Positions 36,801-49,577 are shown, numbered from the whole stretch's first letter. The stretch is 58,174 bases of DNA, filler included, from Sphacelaria rigidula (GCA_964200075.2; 7 parts of 7 records of this genome joined end to end with filler, not necessarily neighbours in it); one strand, 5' to 3'. Notes: generated from the sequence alone by a model not told the origin. Made by a program: numbers and translations.

Positions 36801-37847
36801 CACGACTGCTGGAAGATGGTGATGGCGGATACGCGTAGTTACAACGGTAGGGTTTGCAAGAGCTTCCCTCGGAAATACGTGGCAGACTCGGCGATACGTA
36901 CATCGTGCAAACAAGAGTCAATGTATGTTTTTTTGTCGACGCACCCTGCTAGTCCTTCCCACAGGGGTGACTGCAAAAAGAAAAACGGGAACCAGTTAAG
37001 ACGGAAGAGAGCGGCTTTGAGTAACGGCAGATGCATTCGGATATTCCTCCTGAGAAATATCTGATGCCCGTCCATGGAAACGTGGGGGCGGATGTAGCGG
37101 ACAACGTTCGCTTGACGAGATTCGATGCGATGTGGGAATCATGATCCAGCTCGCGATACCATAACGACAAGTGTACCGGGAGAGGGATGGACCGATATCT
37201 CGATCCTCTTTCCTTGAGATCCGCGCGAGTCACAGCTTGCTTCTTCATGTTGAACTGGATTTCGCTGTTATTTGTTGTTCGACAAATTGGCCAGCTGTAT
37301 TCGGTTCAACGTGACGGTATTGTGGATCGTGAAATGGGTGCAGTACCGTGCGCAGCTTCCCGTGCACCCCTCGACAGTATCCGTGAGGTATCATCATGCG
37401 TCGTACCTATCAGTTATGCACCCCACCAATGCTCACTCCTCGAAATATGTTGGTTTATTATCCACCTCGTCATTATCCAAAGGTCAGATTGTGGCCCCTG
37501 GTCATACTGAAATGGTTTACAGAAGGTCACCCTTGACGGATCGCTGCCTTTTACCGTTTTATATGTGGGGCAAAAGTTCAACCTTTCGAACGAAAAATGG
37601 AAGGTTGTACTTCATATTTCCTCAATGAATTGCAAAAAAAACTCGGTTCGTTCCAAACGGGCGCGCGGTGAAGCTTTCGAAATTAATCCCCCACTCATCC
37701 CCTTTCCCCCGAAACCGTATGCCCGATTTTTGGAATATATCCAGGTACAAGTTTACGGAGTTCGACCCCAACCGTAGATTGAAGAGGGGGGCCAAGAAGG
37801 GATCCGCGAAGTTCAAATCTAAGGCCAAGTTCAAGCGCAAAAAGTGA
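33840..37847 (+). CDS. DDX27: DEAD-box RNA helicase DDX27/DRS1, four C-terminal exons
   Basis: Exons 33840-34071, 34403-34506, 36513-36664 (alternative acceptor 36540) and 37745-37847 splice in consistent phases (1,0,2). Product: SEIAEASK...KLHRMTRKKRRR...SAFDFDL...YKFTEFDPNRRLKRGAKKGSAKFKSKAKFKRKK*, the FKSKxxxKRK-type terminus of this family. Helicase core is outside the block. Confidence 0.8.
34720..35271. mobile_element. Tc1/mariner-type MITE (~550 bp), copy 1, in DDX27 intron
   Basis: TA-CGGTAGTGGGCG ... CGCCCATTTCTG; aligns along its length with 44081-44622. Confidence 0.7.
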
Positions 37848-38619
37848 AAGTACAAAGGTCGGAATCTTGGTCGACATGGCTTCTGTACTCTAGGTGGCTG
37901 TGCTTGCTTTGATTTGGACACGGAGTTGCTCGTGTTGTGGTGTATTGTGTGCGGGACTCCTTGGCTGTGGAAGATGCGACCTCGGCTGTCATGTACCGTG
38001 CTTCGGTGTGAGGAGTGCTCTTTCTTCGTTTGTGTTATGAGGGGGTTTCGGTGTTGGTGTAAATGCATGTTTTTTATCTGTACGCTACCCGTAGCTCTTT
38101 TGTTCAGATGCGTGGTCGATATGTGAAAACATAGAACGGTGGTTTTGAGGAGAAGACAGACTACTGTTCTGTGTCGTGGAACCTACTTATTTTCTGTGAT
38201 GTTTGATGTTGGCAGAGGTCGCGTCTCTTCATGAGCACTGAAGAATCGAGTTTTGAAAAAAAATCCTAGCATGTACGGTGTGCCCAACACTTCGACTTAT
38301 GTTTTTTCCAAACCGCTTATCGTGAAATTTTGGCATGTTCATATACATTGGTGGCCGCAGTGAATTATTTTCTGCCCGCTGATGAAAAGGTACAGGGCGA
38401 ATTTTGTTTCTGTTGTGACATCTGCAGTTTTGTGTACCCCCATTTCCGTCGTATGTTGTATCCCTTCAGCTTACAGTAGTGTAGTTGTGTGTACGAGGTT
38501 TCGAAGGCAAAGGTTGATATTCCTGAACTGCGGTCTATTTCCGATATGCGTTGGTTTCGTTTTCCCTGTGGATCGGGCCATGTTGAATGATACTGAGGAA
38601 ATAAAATTGCCTCACCACA

Positions 38620-38935
38620 CGTCTCCGTTCATACGAGGTGAATCACAGGTACCTGTTCCTCAATTTCCGTTTATGCGGTATGAATTATTCGTACGTGTTC
38701 TCCGTCTTCCATCCATACGAGGTGAATCAAGCGTATAAGTTTCCCGATTTCCGTTTATGCAGCATGAATCAACTGTACATGTTCCCCACCCATAATTCAT
38801 ACAGGAATTTTTATTCTTACACATGTTGCATTCTTGATTCGTTCAACAATACCTAGGGTGTACAGATTCCCAGTTCGTGATTTGTGCGGTATGATCTTGA
38901 ACGTACAACTTCACCATCTGTGATTCACACTGGGT
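38620..38935. repeat. Degenerate 42/84-bp minisatellite
   Basis: catacgaggtgaatca at 38630 and 38714; tttatgc...atgaat at 38670 and 38754; weaker copies follow. Confidence 0.7.
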
Positions 38936-39162
38936 GTCTCTTTGGTATATGATGCGCACTCAATATTCATGGAAAGTCAACCCCTATGAACTTTGATTTG
39001 TCCGAACCGTGCAAACGTGGTAGTTGGGTTCCCAGAGCTGCCTGTGCGCTCGGCTTTTGTCGCTTTGACATGGTTCCGACTCCATACTGACTACAGAGAC
39101 TGTCGCTTCAGCAGCCCCTCCATTTTGGCAGCATTCAACACGTGATCTGACAAATTGGGGAT

Positions 39163-39554
39163 GGATCTTTTATTGGGGATGAGAAACCCGGATAATTAAA
39201 ATCTTCATATCCATACCAAATTTGAAATATCGTTCCATTTCTTCACCTACTGATCGCTATCAAAAACTGCTACGCGCCATAGAAATTTGGATTTCGATCA
39301 CCGAAATGTTGGGGCCCCAGGTGAAAAACCAATTTCGGAACCATTTTGGCGTCCGTTCAGACACTCGGAATTCCCCAAAATTGGTTTTTCACCCAAGACC
39401 CCAACATTTCGGCGATCGTTATCCAAATTTCTGTGGCGTGTAGCAGTTATCAATAGCAATCAGTAGGTGAAGAAATCGAACAGTATTTCGAAGATTTGGT
39501 ATGGATATGAGGATTTTAATTCTCCGGGTTTCTCATCCCCAATGTGTAAGATCC
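39163..39554. repeat. Long foldback (~390 bp, ~175-bp arms)
   Basis: attggggatgagaaacccgga...catatccataccaaat...atttcttcacctactgat...ggtgaaaaaccaattt is mirrored by aaattggtttttcacc...atcagtaggtgaagaaat...atttggtatggatatg...tccgggtttctcatccccaat. Confidence 0.88.
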
Positions 39555-40996
39555 CGTGTTATTTCCCCAACGAAGAAATGGCGACGCAGCGCGTTGAAAT
39601 GACGATACCTGGTGTCTCGAAAACCTTGTGGGTATAGGCGCCTTTGGTCCGCTCGATTCATTTTGTTGTTGTGTGTGTTGTCTCATCCATTCTGGGCGCC
39701 GGTCTACACCTTTCGGTTTATGTGGGCGCACCAGCCGGGTGACAGGAGCTTTTTTCCTTCTTTGTTTTCAGTACCCCACCTTCCCTCTGCGGTGCTTGCC
39801 TTTATCTTTCATCGCGAGAGGGGTGCAGCAGTCCCTTTCCCTCGTCGACCGTTAAGTCGATTTTTCCAATTTTCCAATTGGTTGTTGTCTCAGGCTATTC
39901 CAGATTCGGCATTAGATTTTTGTGACAGAAAACACTCTTTTTTCGGAATACTTGAAAAAAACGAGCAGAACTTTTCAAGAACCGCTCAAAACATGACCCC
40001 ATTATCCGGCGTAGAGTGTGGTACACTCAGCACAAGATAACTCTGCAGTGGTACACACGTGGACAGATAGCACCCTGTGGGGCGCACTGTGCAGGGTCCG
40101 TATAGGGTCCTCCACAGTCTTTGTGAAAAAACCCTGACAGTGAAATGCGAAATCTGTACCCCTCGTAGCGTTTTGATAGGGTATTCCCCAGGGTTGGATT
40201 TGCAGCCCTGTGTAGGCACGTCAGCAAAGCCCTGCTCACTCATGTGGTGGTGTTTTGGTAAAAAAACCTCAAGTTTCTCTTTTGAAAATTTAAAAGATTT
40301 TGGTACAAAATCTGTAAATTAATATATCTTCAATAGCTTGTCCTCCTGTCCGAGGTAAATTCCTCTTCACCCGATTTGAATCGAGCGAAAAGAAATTCAT
40401 TTTGGACAGAAGGACAAGCTCTTCAAAACAGATCATTTTCTCGCCCAATTAATTCCGGCAAAGAAAAGGATTTACTTAGAACAGCAGAAGCTGTTCAAGA
40501 TCGATCCTTTTTTCGCCCATTTTTGAGATGAGCGAAAAAGGATCTATTTCGACGAGCTCCTCTTGCTGCGCAAATCCCATGCACACTGACAGATTCGGAA
40601 TTTGACGGGCAGAAGAAGCTCGAAATAAGTATTTACTTTTCCCTCGAACTCGTACAGAGATTGGGGGAAAAGAAATTTATGGCGAGCAGCGTCAGCTGCT
40701 GGGCAAATCCCGCATACTGCATCGTCACCGGCGCATGGGATCCGACACGCAGAAAAAGTTGCGGAAAGGCTCTCATCCATTTGCCCCCCAGTCCATGTGT
40801 ACATGGGCTAAAGGATGAATAGCTCTCATCCGCTTTCGCTGAATAGAGATCCCACACGTTGGATACGCGTGTATGTCCACAACTGTGCTTCGTGTGATGG
40901 TATCGGCACCGGCTGATTTAGACCCACCTTGTGACGGTTTAAGAGACAACCAACTAAGAAAGTGCGTCCGACGGGAACCGAATCAGCGACTAACTT

Positions 40997-41094
40997 TTGT
41001 GACGGTTTAAGAGACAACCAACTAGACTACTGACCAAGTCATCAGCTGATGACTTGGTCAGTAGTCTAGTTGGTGGTCTCTTAAACCGTCACAA
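40997..41094. repeat. Spacer-less 98-bp palindrome
   Basis: 49-bp arms centred on CAG|CTG (41045/41046) with one mismatch; the first 28 bp also occur as a direct repeat at 40929-40956. Confidence 0.95.
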
Positions 41095-41338
41095 CTCCCA
41101 GCCGCGTACCTCTACTGGCAATAAAGATGCTGCTGATACTGCCGCTGTTGCTTCTTCTTCTCGTGCGGAACGCGGTCCGCGTTTCGACCTGCGACAATAC
41201 CCATACCCCCTTGCGCATGATTGCCGCCCTCCTTGAAGTCGCTGGTCTGTTCGCGTGCTGTTTTATCGTTTCTGCATCATCACTTGTTTCCCACCCTAGC
41301 ATACTCGATTAGAACGGCGCGTGATTTCTCGTGATAAT

Positions 41339-41526
41339 CAGGGCTATACACGGTACACGTTCACGTTCACTTTACGTTCATAACGTAAAAACAATTTAAC
41401 GCTCACGTGACGTGACGTAACACGATATTCGTGAGATTCAGAACGTGGTTTCAGATTCAGAGTCAGACCCGAAAAATTTTACTTTCCCGTCGATTTTGAC
41501 ATCCCCACAGTTCGAGGAGTAATGCG
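41339..41526. mobile_element. Probable left end of a hAT-like element
   Basis: CAGGGCT start followed by dense CACGTT/ACGT motifs; cut by the block boundary. Confidence 0.35.
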
Positions 41527-42796
41527 NNNNNNNNNNNNNNNNNNNNNNNNNNNNNNNNNNNNNNNNNNNNTTAATTAATTAANNNNNNNNNNNNNNNNNN
41601 NNNNNNNNNNNNNNNNNNNNNNNNNNCATCGCCAAGCGACGCCAACAACATCGGGGGTCCGCCCCTACAAAGCCGGGACGGAGCACGCCGGGTTCTCGCC
41701 GGATCAGGCTTCGGGGGGGCGGGGGGGGGGGGGGAGGGGCACGTGTTCAAGGGCCATACCAATGAACGTTTTCCGATACCAATTTTTTTATTGGCCAACG
41801 CTCAACATCCACGTGTTCATGTCGAGTAGGCGCATTGTGTAACAACGAGTTGACCCCAAGTACAGCCTGCTTCACCTTGGGCAAAAAAGGCAATCTGACG
41901 GAAAATGGCCAAGGGGTGAAGAGGCAATTGCTATGGTTAAAAAATATACGTGACTCAAGGGTTGGGGACCGCGTAATACACGGCATGCCATCACTGGGAG
42001 TGGTGCGCGCAAGGAGAGAGCCACCGTAACGGTACGGGCCAGGGCAACCCTGTGCGCACGTTTTGAAAGTCATTTGGTTCTTGCTTTTTGAAGAACCCTG
42101 TGCGATAGCCTCGGCCTGTGCGTTCTCTTCGATACCTGTTCGGAAGTCGAATCAGTTCTCTTCTTGCTTTTTTGGCGCACCCCTTGTGCGATAACTCCGA
42201 TACGCGCGAAACTAAAAATCTCGCAGAGGGGTAAAGCCCCTCTGCTCGGTACCGAATAAATGAAAACAACTTCATTTCGAGAAATGCACCGTCACGACAC
42301 CAAACGTACAACGATGGAACCCCGATGATATACTGTATCGCGATATGAAAGCACTGCGACAAACCGTTGCAGCACAGCAAGTGCCCCAGAGCCCTCGCGG
42401 AAGCACGCAGCCTTATCCCCGATGGTGAGGTTTTCCCGGATCCACCGCATCCTTGTACAGGCTCTCCGATACCTGTGAGAATCTGGCATTAAATCGTTTT
42501 GTCCTTGCTTTTGTAGCGTCCTCCTGTGCTTTTGGTGCGTGCTGTGCCCTAATCCCGGACGGTGCCCTGATCCGCATCCTTACGGTGTTCTGGTATAGCG
42601 TCGGGGTTACCGAAGCTGGTGGTCAATGCATGATACTGTTCCGAAAAAAAGGTCCGTCCCCCACGAGACTAGGATCGCGTATGTTATGTGATATACGTGC
42701 GCTGCTTTGACCTCCGATACCCGTCACTCTTTTTGTTTTGCCCTTTTCACGCTTGTAAGTAACCACACTCCCGATTATCTGCAGGGAAAGGTGAAC

Positions 42797-45378
42797 ATGA
42801 GTAAGTCCAAAACGGAGTTGGGGCGCCAGCTGAGCATGGCGTCAATGCAAGGCAACCTCACCGCAGTCAAGAAGTTGCTGGCCGCCGGCGCCGACATGGA
42901 AGTTTCGATACGCATCAGGGGGATGCTCATGTCGGCCCTCAACGCCGCAGCATATGCGAATCATGTGAGCCGATAAAACGAATGAAACTACCTGCAAGTA
43001 GCCCCTTGGGCGTCGAGGTGGCTCAGGTGGACCAAGGGTTGCTCAGCTATATCATGACGTGAAGGTCAGCTAGTGAACCGTTCCGAACAGAAGTTTGGCG
43101 TTCAAGGGTCAAAACCGTTGCAAAATGTGTGTCTTTGGTGCTACGTTGTTTTCTCACTTTCAAAGTCAAAACAGGACAAATAAGTAGCTGCAAATCCATG
43201 GTGGAGCATCACGAGGGGGGGGGGGGGGCACATCTTTCCCGCACTGCTATGCCCGTGAATAAAAGCCGTAGCGACCACAAATCCGTGGGCAAAAAACAAT
43301 AAAAATAAATGCAGAGGATAATGAAGACGCCATAGACTGATCGGACCTCAGCCGAACCTCTGCCGAACAGAACACACGCTCCATCCCAAGTTACCTAGGT
43401 TTAGTATACGACAGCTGTAATTGTTTCATCGCTGCGTTCTCGAGACAGGAAGCAAGCAGGTCAGTGGCACTTCACAGCCCCCCGCACACACACTAGAACT
43501 AGTGACCCATGGGGGCGGATTTGCTCAATTCGCCACAGCGGACCCGAAAAGCCCCGAAACGTTGAAGGAACCGCCTTTTCAAGTACATTTTGGCGGTTTG
43601 CAGAGTGCTGCGGCCTCTGCGGCACGCGTTCCGGAAATACGCCGCATCAATCGCTAGTTCTGGTGTGTGGAAGGCTCACGCATCAAACCGCAGTCCAATC
43701 CTCTGCTTGGTTGCCGAGTTAACCGCGTTGAAAAATGGGCACAACACACAACAACAATAGGGGCACAACAACAACACGAGCAGTAGCTTCTACTCTCCTC
43801 TTCTTGTAACCCTGTGTACAGGTGTACAGCAACGTCAGTCACAGGTTTGTTGGAGAATGTACCAAAGTATTGGTACATTTTGTATGATTGTGGTCCTCAT
43901 TTCGAGCGACCCGTGTAATTGTGGTTGATACTGATTGGCTCATTTGGGTTTCATTTCTTCTGCATTCAACTGTGTAGTTGGTCGATTCATTCCCCCGATA
44001 TATAGTGCCCGAAATCGGGCCCCACTCGTGGGCGTAACTGTCTGTTTTTGGCTGTGGTAGCAACGTCGTGGGGTTTGCTACAGTACTGGGCGCCTGAACT
44101 AACCATTTTGTAATTTCTTCGTAATTGGCGATTTTCTAATGCTCTTTCGCTTGCCACCGCTCATGGCGTTGGGGATCTGAAGATACTTGTATCCGCTCCA
44201 CATTCCAGTTGGAAAAAAAAAACTATACTCAGTATTGAGTGACTTACAGACTGACCAGTCATATGGGGTCCTGACACGCTTCAGCCCAGATTCTGACTAT
44301 TCGGTATTCCCGGTCGATCGAGCCTGTCCCGATCGTATTTATGAAGAAATATACAGGTTTGTTTGTTGAAGTTCTTCCTCCTCGTTCACTAAAGCCAAAA
44401 ACTGTGTTTAATGGTCAAAAAGACCCTCATGATAAACGGGGTATCTACTCGTATCGCCCAATAAAACCAACTGACATTCACTTGGGCACCAGGGGGGGAA
44501 GACGATCTGTTCATTTTACCAAAATTTACCTACGCTAGCAGCACTTTCGAGTTATATCGAAGAATAGTCGCGAGGAAAAAATGAACTTTTGAACGAAAAA
44601 TAGTTCAGGCTCCCAGTAATTGAGTGAGATGAGACATTGTATACATTTTAAAAGCGGAAAGCAAAAGGATGCCTCCGCCGTGTTCGTCTCGTACAGAACC
44701 GTGCGCGGTTGGCGTGGGTCTGTGTTTCTACCCGAAAAGGCTTCGCCGCGGCGCACCTGCCCCCACTCCATATTTTCTAAAACAAACAGCCATGATTTCC
44801 TTGGCTGTGATTTACGCCATCGCTACAGTACTCCGTGCCGGATTCGCCTTGCGATCACACAGCTTCGGCCCTGCGTTTTCGGGTACAAGCAAGCCTTGCC
44901 ACGTAATCCACGCCGTCCCCCGCGATCATGCTGGCTGCGATCCGTGTCTATTGTACACACACGTATTCCAGAAGGAGGGGCGATGGCGTACTTCATGTTG
45001 ACCGTAGAATTTGTCACTTATCTCGAGGATAAAGTGCAGTAGACACTCCTGGTGGTGGTGGTGTGGTGTTGATGCAGCTGTGTACTGTATATGCTCTGAA
45101 AATGCCGCTGAGGAGCTCTGCATCCATTACAATTGCATGTGGGCGGGTCTATGGCTTTTGAAAGTAATAGTCATGATCCATGCATGTTTGGAAGCACGCG
45201 CACAAAAAACAGTGTAATTGATTTATGTGTAGAGTGTGTGCCCCCACCCGCGGTACCAAATTTACCCTCCCACCGGCCCCTCTCCCCCTCCCCCCCCCCC
45301 CCCCCCCCCCCCCNNNNNNNNNNGTTTGTTGGGAGAACCGCCCAAAAAAAACGGTTTAGTTATTTTTTTGGGGGGGTT

Positions 45379-45412
<34 letters not shown>

Positions 45413-48400
45413 CCCTCCCTCCCTCCCCTTGACCCCTCAAATGAGAACAGGAGAATATCGTGCAGGTGCTGCTGAAGGCGGGTGCAGACCCGTCGTCAAG
45501 ACAGAGCACAGGCCACACGCCGCTCCACTGCGCGGCGTTCGAGGGCCAAACGCGGATGATGCGCCGGCTACTGGACGCAGGCGCTGATCCCACCCTCGCG
45601 TCCGTGGAAGGCCAGACGCCGTTGCACACCGCGGCTCAGGTACACTACAACATTTTTCCTTCACTTGTATTCTTCCCATTTCTGTTTTCTATTTTTTTCT
45701 TTTTCCCCTATGCTCTTGGCCTATGCTCTTGTCGATATATTTTTGCACAAACGCAGGCATTGATTATAAACCCTACCCCGCATGCGGTGTTGTCGGTGCT
45801 TCCGCGCCCGAGTTCGCGTGATCACCGACTCGTGACGCGAGACGGCCAAGTTTTTGTGTGCAGTCCTGCCACAAGTCAGACACCAGTCTTGCCGCATTGA
45901 TGCCTTCGTCTTAGCTCGACCGTGCTGGCAACGTTTTCAAATTGTACGTTGTTTTTCCGGACGATAATATCGAAGTGCTGCTCCCCCCGCTGGATCATGC
46001 CCGTTAGATTTCTGGCTCTCCGGTATGACCCTTGAGGCGCTTCTTTTGTACACCTCGTCTTGAACGCATTCGGCCTTTTGTATTTATCGTCTATACCTTC
46101 CCCTCTCGTGCGCTATGTATGCCACAGAATGGTCATGCTCCAGAGGTGGCCATGCTCATCGAAGCTGGAGCGAGCATAAATGCCCAATGCCAACGGGGGT
46201 GAGGAAATACGTAGATTCCGCGATCTCCGTGCGGACAGAAACACTCGTTTTTGATAGTGTTGTACTGAAACCGTAGCCTTATTTTTGCTTTCATACGGAA
46301 GATACCTCATTTTTACTCGATTTCGAGGAAATTTTTCACCTCTGCGTGCAGACGGAAAAACCGACGTGAGGGACTCATGATGTTGCTCTCAAATGTTCCA
46401 CCTTTACGGTGCAGTTGTGATCTTGCGTTTATCGAAACCCCCTGATCAGGTACACACCGCTTCGCCTTGGCTCTTGGATGGGAAATGCGGCGGTCGTCGA
46501 TGAGCTCATCAAGCGCGGAGCGGACGTGCACGTGAAGGACTACACGGGCTCCACAGTGATCCGCGAGTTTTGAGTGTCGCTGTACCCGCCTCTTCTATCG
46601 AGTTTGCTGCTAAACAAACAAGGACCTTTTTGCATGTGGCGTGTCCTTAATTTCGCGTATCAGTGCTTGTACGCAACTCGAAGAAGCAGTTTAGCGAATA
46701 CACAAGAGATCGCTCTTGGCGGGAAAGTTGAGTCAACAGTCGTCGGTGGTATGCGCTTTTATACGTCACCAAAGATCACGGTCCCTCCCTACAAATAGTC
46801 AAACCCTCGATGTAGATGTACTTCCTCTGTGCCATAAGTAAAGGTCCTTATGTTTACACAGACCTTTAGCGGTGTCCGATGCTGCCGGCGACCATTTTTT
46901 TTTAATCTTTGGAGTTTTTTTTGGTAAAGTCCGGGGTTTTTTTGTTGCACGCACCACCCCGCGTGCATGAGCGGCCGAGGAAAAACCAGTCGGCCTGAAA
47001 AAGGCCGTATTTTGCAGGTATTTTGCCCCCCTCCAGGGCGGGGCACTGACAAAAACAAAAGGAAAAAACCAAGAATTATCCCTGACCCCAAACCTAGCCC
47101 CCCCCCCTCTACTCAACAACCCATGACGCGCCCCCCATACTAAAAACCGTATACTAGTGAACCCCCACACTAAAACCAAGGCAATTCTCATAGTAGTTGT
47201 CAAATATATCCCAGAAAACCCGCCAAAATTCCCAATATTCGACACACTATTTCTCAGTAATTACGAATCGGATTCAACTTTTTTTTTTCTTTAGAGGTAT
47301 CCTCAAATCCATAGCTTTTCAACAAGCCTATTGGTAGTATCGTGAGTGACTAGGTTGGCGATATATGATTTGTACCCCATAAGGACCTTTACTTATGGCA
47401 CAGAGGAAGTATTGCTGCTGATAGTCGAATCATGCGCACGTCACCCCCCCCCCGCTCCGTCTCAAAAAGGATGCGTGGTCAATTGTCGAACGGCTAAGGC
47501 AAGCAGCAAATGAGTATGCCCCCCCCGCCTCCCCTCTTTCTTTCTTTCCTTCTCTCTCTCTCTTTTGATGTGCGTATTCCTCTCCCTGTATATTTGTCTT
47601 CCGTGTCCCTGACCCCCCGTCTCCTGTTCCACTATTTGTCTGTCTTCGTACTCATATTTTTTCGCCTGCTGCCTTGTTTCCTTGCCTCTAACTTTGTAAT
47701 TGTCACGCTCGTTTTGTCCATCTTTTCATATGTCTATGCGTATGCTTGTCCCTCTGTTCCTCTCGCTCCGTCTTCCTCGCTCTCTCTCTGACTTCGTCCC
47801 GTGCAGACGGTGCGGTGGAAAACGGGTGCCCAAAAATCATGCGTCGCTTGCTGAAAGCCGGCGCAGATCCCAATGTTAGCTCTTGCCAAGGTTGCGAGGC
47901 TCCTCTTTTTGTGGCCACCACGAAGGCCAATGTCAAGGTGCTTGGGCTTCAGAAACGGCAATTTTCACATACTGGATGGAACCAGTATATATTTGTATTT
48001 ACAAGTCTCCCAATGTCTACACACCCATACACCTTGTTCCCGCTCGTACAACACAGAGGCCACTCCAACCTGGCAATTCTGCGCGAGTCAAGCACGCCCG
48101 TCCGCGGTCCCTTGAGCACAATACACACTCGAACATATTCCCCCCCCTTCACATATGTTGTGTTCTGGTTGGTAAGGCCGCGTCTCAACGAAAGGAAAAA
48201 GTTATACGTACTGAGATTATGGGAAGGATGATGATCGTGTCGAACAACCCACGTGTGGTGACCGTTATACGGTCTCTCTAGTATTCTCATTTTGATTCTC
48301 ATCAAATTCCATCCGTTATTCATTCATTTTAGGGAGAACAGACGGACAATCCGATGAGAGTGCGGAAGGCACCGTGATGCGGTTGCCACGCATGGGCTGT

Positions 48401-49577
48401 TGATCGTTGTCATTGTCATCAACATTCTCACAATTATCATTCTCTTTATTTACGTCTCGATAAGACGGAACCTAAACCCAGAGGTGGGATTTTGGTTCCT
48501 GAAGCATGTTGCTATGTTCATTCGGAATGTGAATCATAATTCAATGTCCAGACCACTTGCGTTTGCATCATATCGTGTGGCCCTGTCCTTTAGATCGAGA
48601 GAGCACGTCCCTGTTTCAAAGGCTCTTGTTTCATGGAGTAAGCAAACCTTAGCTACGGCGGGTGATGTTTTTCTGCGTCTCGCTTGAAACGTAAACAAAC
48701 AATACTGCATACTGCTCTCAACAGCCGTCCACACAACACACATTTTTTCGCCTGGATCGTCGCAAGAACAGGGTGGGACATCGTGGTCAACCCAACCAGC
48801 AAGGATACGCATAACCTCTACTGTACGCGCGTCGACGCAGTGGGCCTTCAAGCTCTCACAGTAGAGTGCGCCCCACCAGTCTACAACCCCTCAACCAACC
48901 CTGCTCCGCCCCCCTCGTGTCCCTTTGTTCTTGCCTCCCAGGTGATCCGACTCTTGCTCGAGGCAGGCGCAAACCCCAACTACATGACTGCCAGCGGCAT
49001 GACGGCGGTCACGGTGGCTACAATTCAGAGTGACGTCAAATCGCTTGCGACTCTTCTCGACGCAGGAGCCGTACCGGACCGACAACGCGTGTCCCCCAAC
49101 GCGCTCCAAACTGCAATCCTGAACAGCAGTCATGTATGCCTCTCGAGACTACTACGCGCGGGCGCCGACCCGTCCATGGCCTACCCCAAGCAGCCGAAAA
49201 AGCTGGTCACAATGCTGAGGGAGTTCTGGAGCAAGAATGCCCCACGCGGCTCCGTGGTGTGGCAAATGCGCCGCATCATGTACCGCGCATACGCCTACAC
49301 GGCTGATAGTTGGCGATGGCCCAAACACGACCCGGTGGTCACCACCGCTACATCGGCCGCAGGGGGAGAGGGTGGGGAAGAGAAAAATGAGGAGGGAAGG
49401 GAACAGGGGTGCGTTGGCGTGAAAAAGCGGGGAACAGAGGAGGAACAGCCATCTAATATCGGCAAGCGCGCGACAGGGGTCGCCAGTTATTGGCGATTTC
49501 GTTCGCGGACGGCTGATGGGAACAGGAGACAGGTGGCTGTATTGAACGCCATGTTCAGGTGGGTGGCTTCTGGTTGA
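42797..49577 (+). CDS. Ankyrin-repeat protein (six exons)
   Basis: Exons 42797-42964, 45451-45639, 46128-46198, 46450-46562, 47807-47937 and 48942-49558 (or read-through to stop 49577) are phase-consistent. Repeats include LLAAGAD, GHTPLHCAA, GQTPLHTAA, GYTPLR, GSTVIHGA, LLEAGANPN. Confidence 0.9.
43487..43669. mobile_element. Small TIR element (CACTA-like termini) in ankyrin intron 1
   Basis: cacacactagaactagtga versus tcgctagttctggtgtgtg (17/19 complementary). Confidence 0.6.
44081..44622. mobile_element. Tc1/mariner-type MITE, copy 2
   Basis: TA-CAGTACTGGGCGCCTGAACTA ... TAGTTCAGGCTCCCAGTAATTG; homologous to 34720-35271. Confidence 0.75.
46821..47409. mobile_element. Stowaway-like mariner MITE (589 bp)
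   Basis: Perfect 32-bp TIR CTTCCTCTGTGCCATAAGTAAAGGTCCTTATG with TA on both sides (46819-20, 47410-11). Confidence 0.9.

Noticed and set aside
40690-40804. WSC-like peptide CRIPCAGDDAVCG
   Set aside because: Lacks the CxCG and GG...SVY elements and partner exons.
43012-43110. tRNA gene or SINE head (TGGCTCAGGTGG)
   Set aside because: A box only; no properly spaced B box or cloverleaf.
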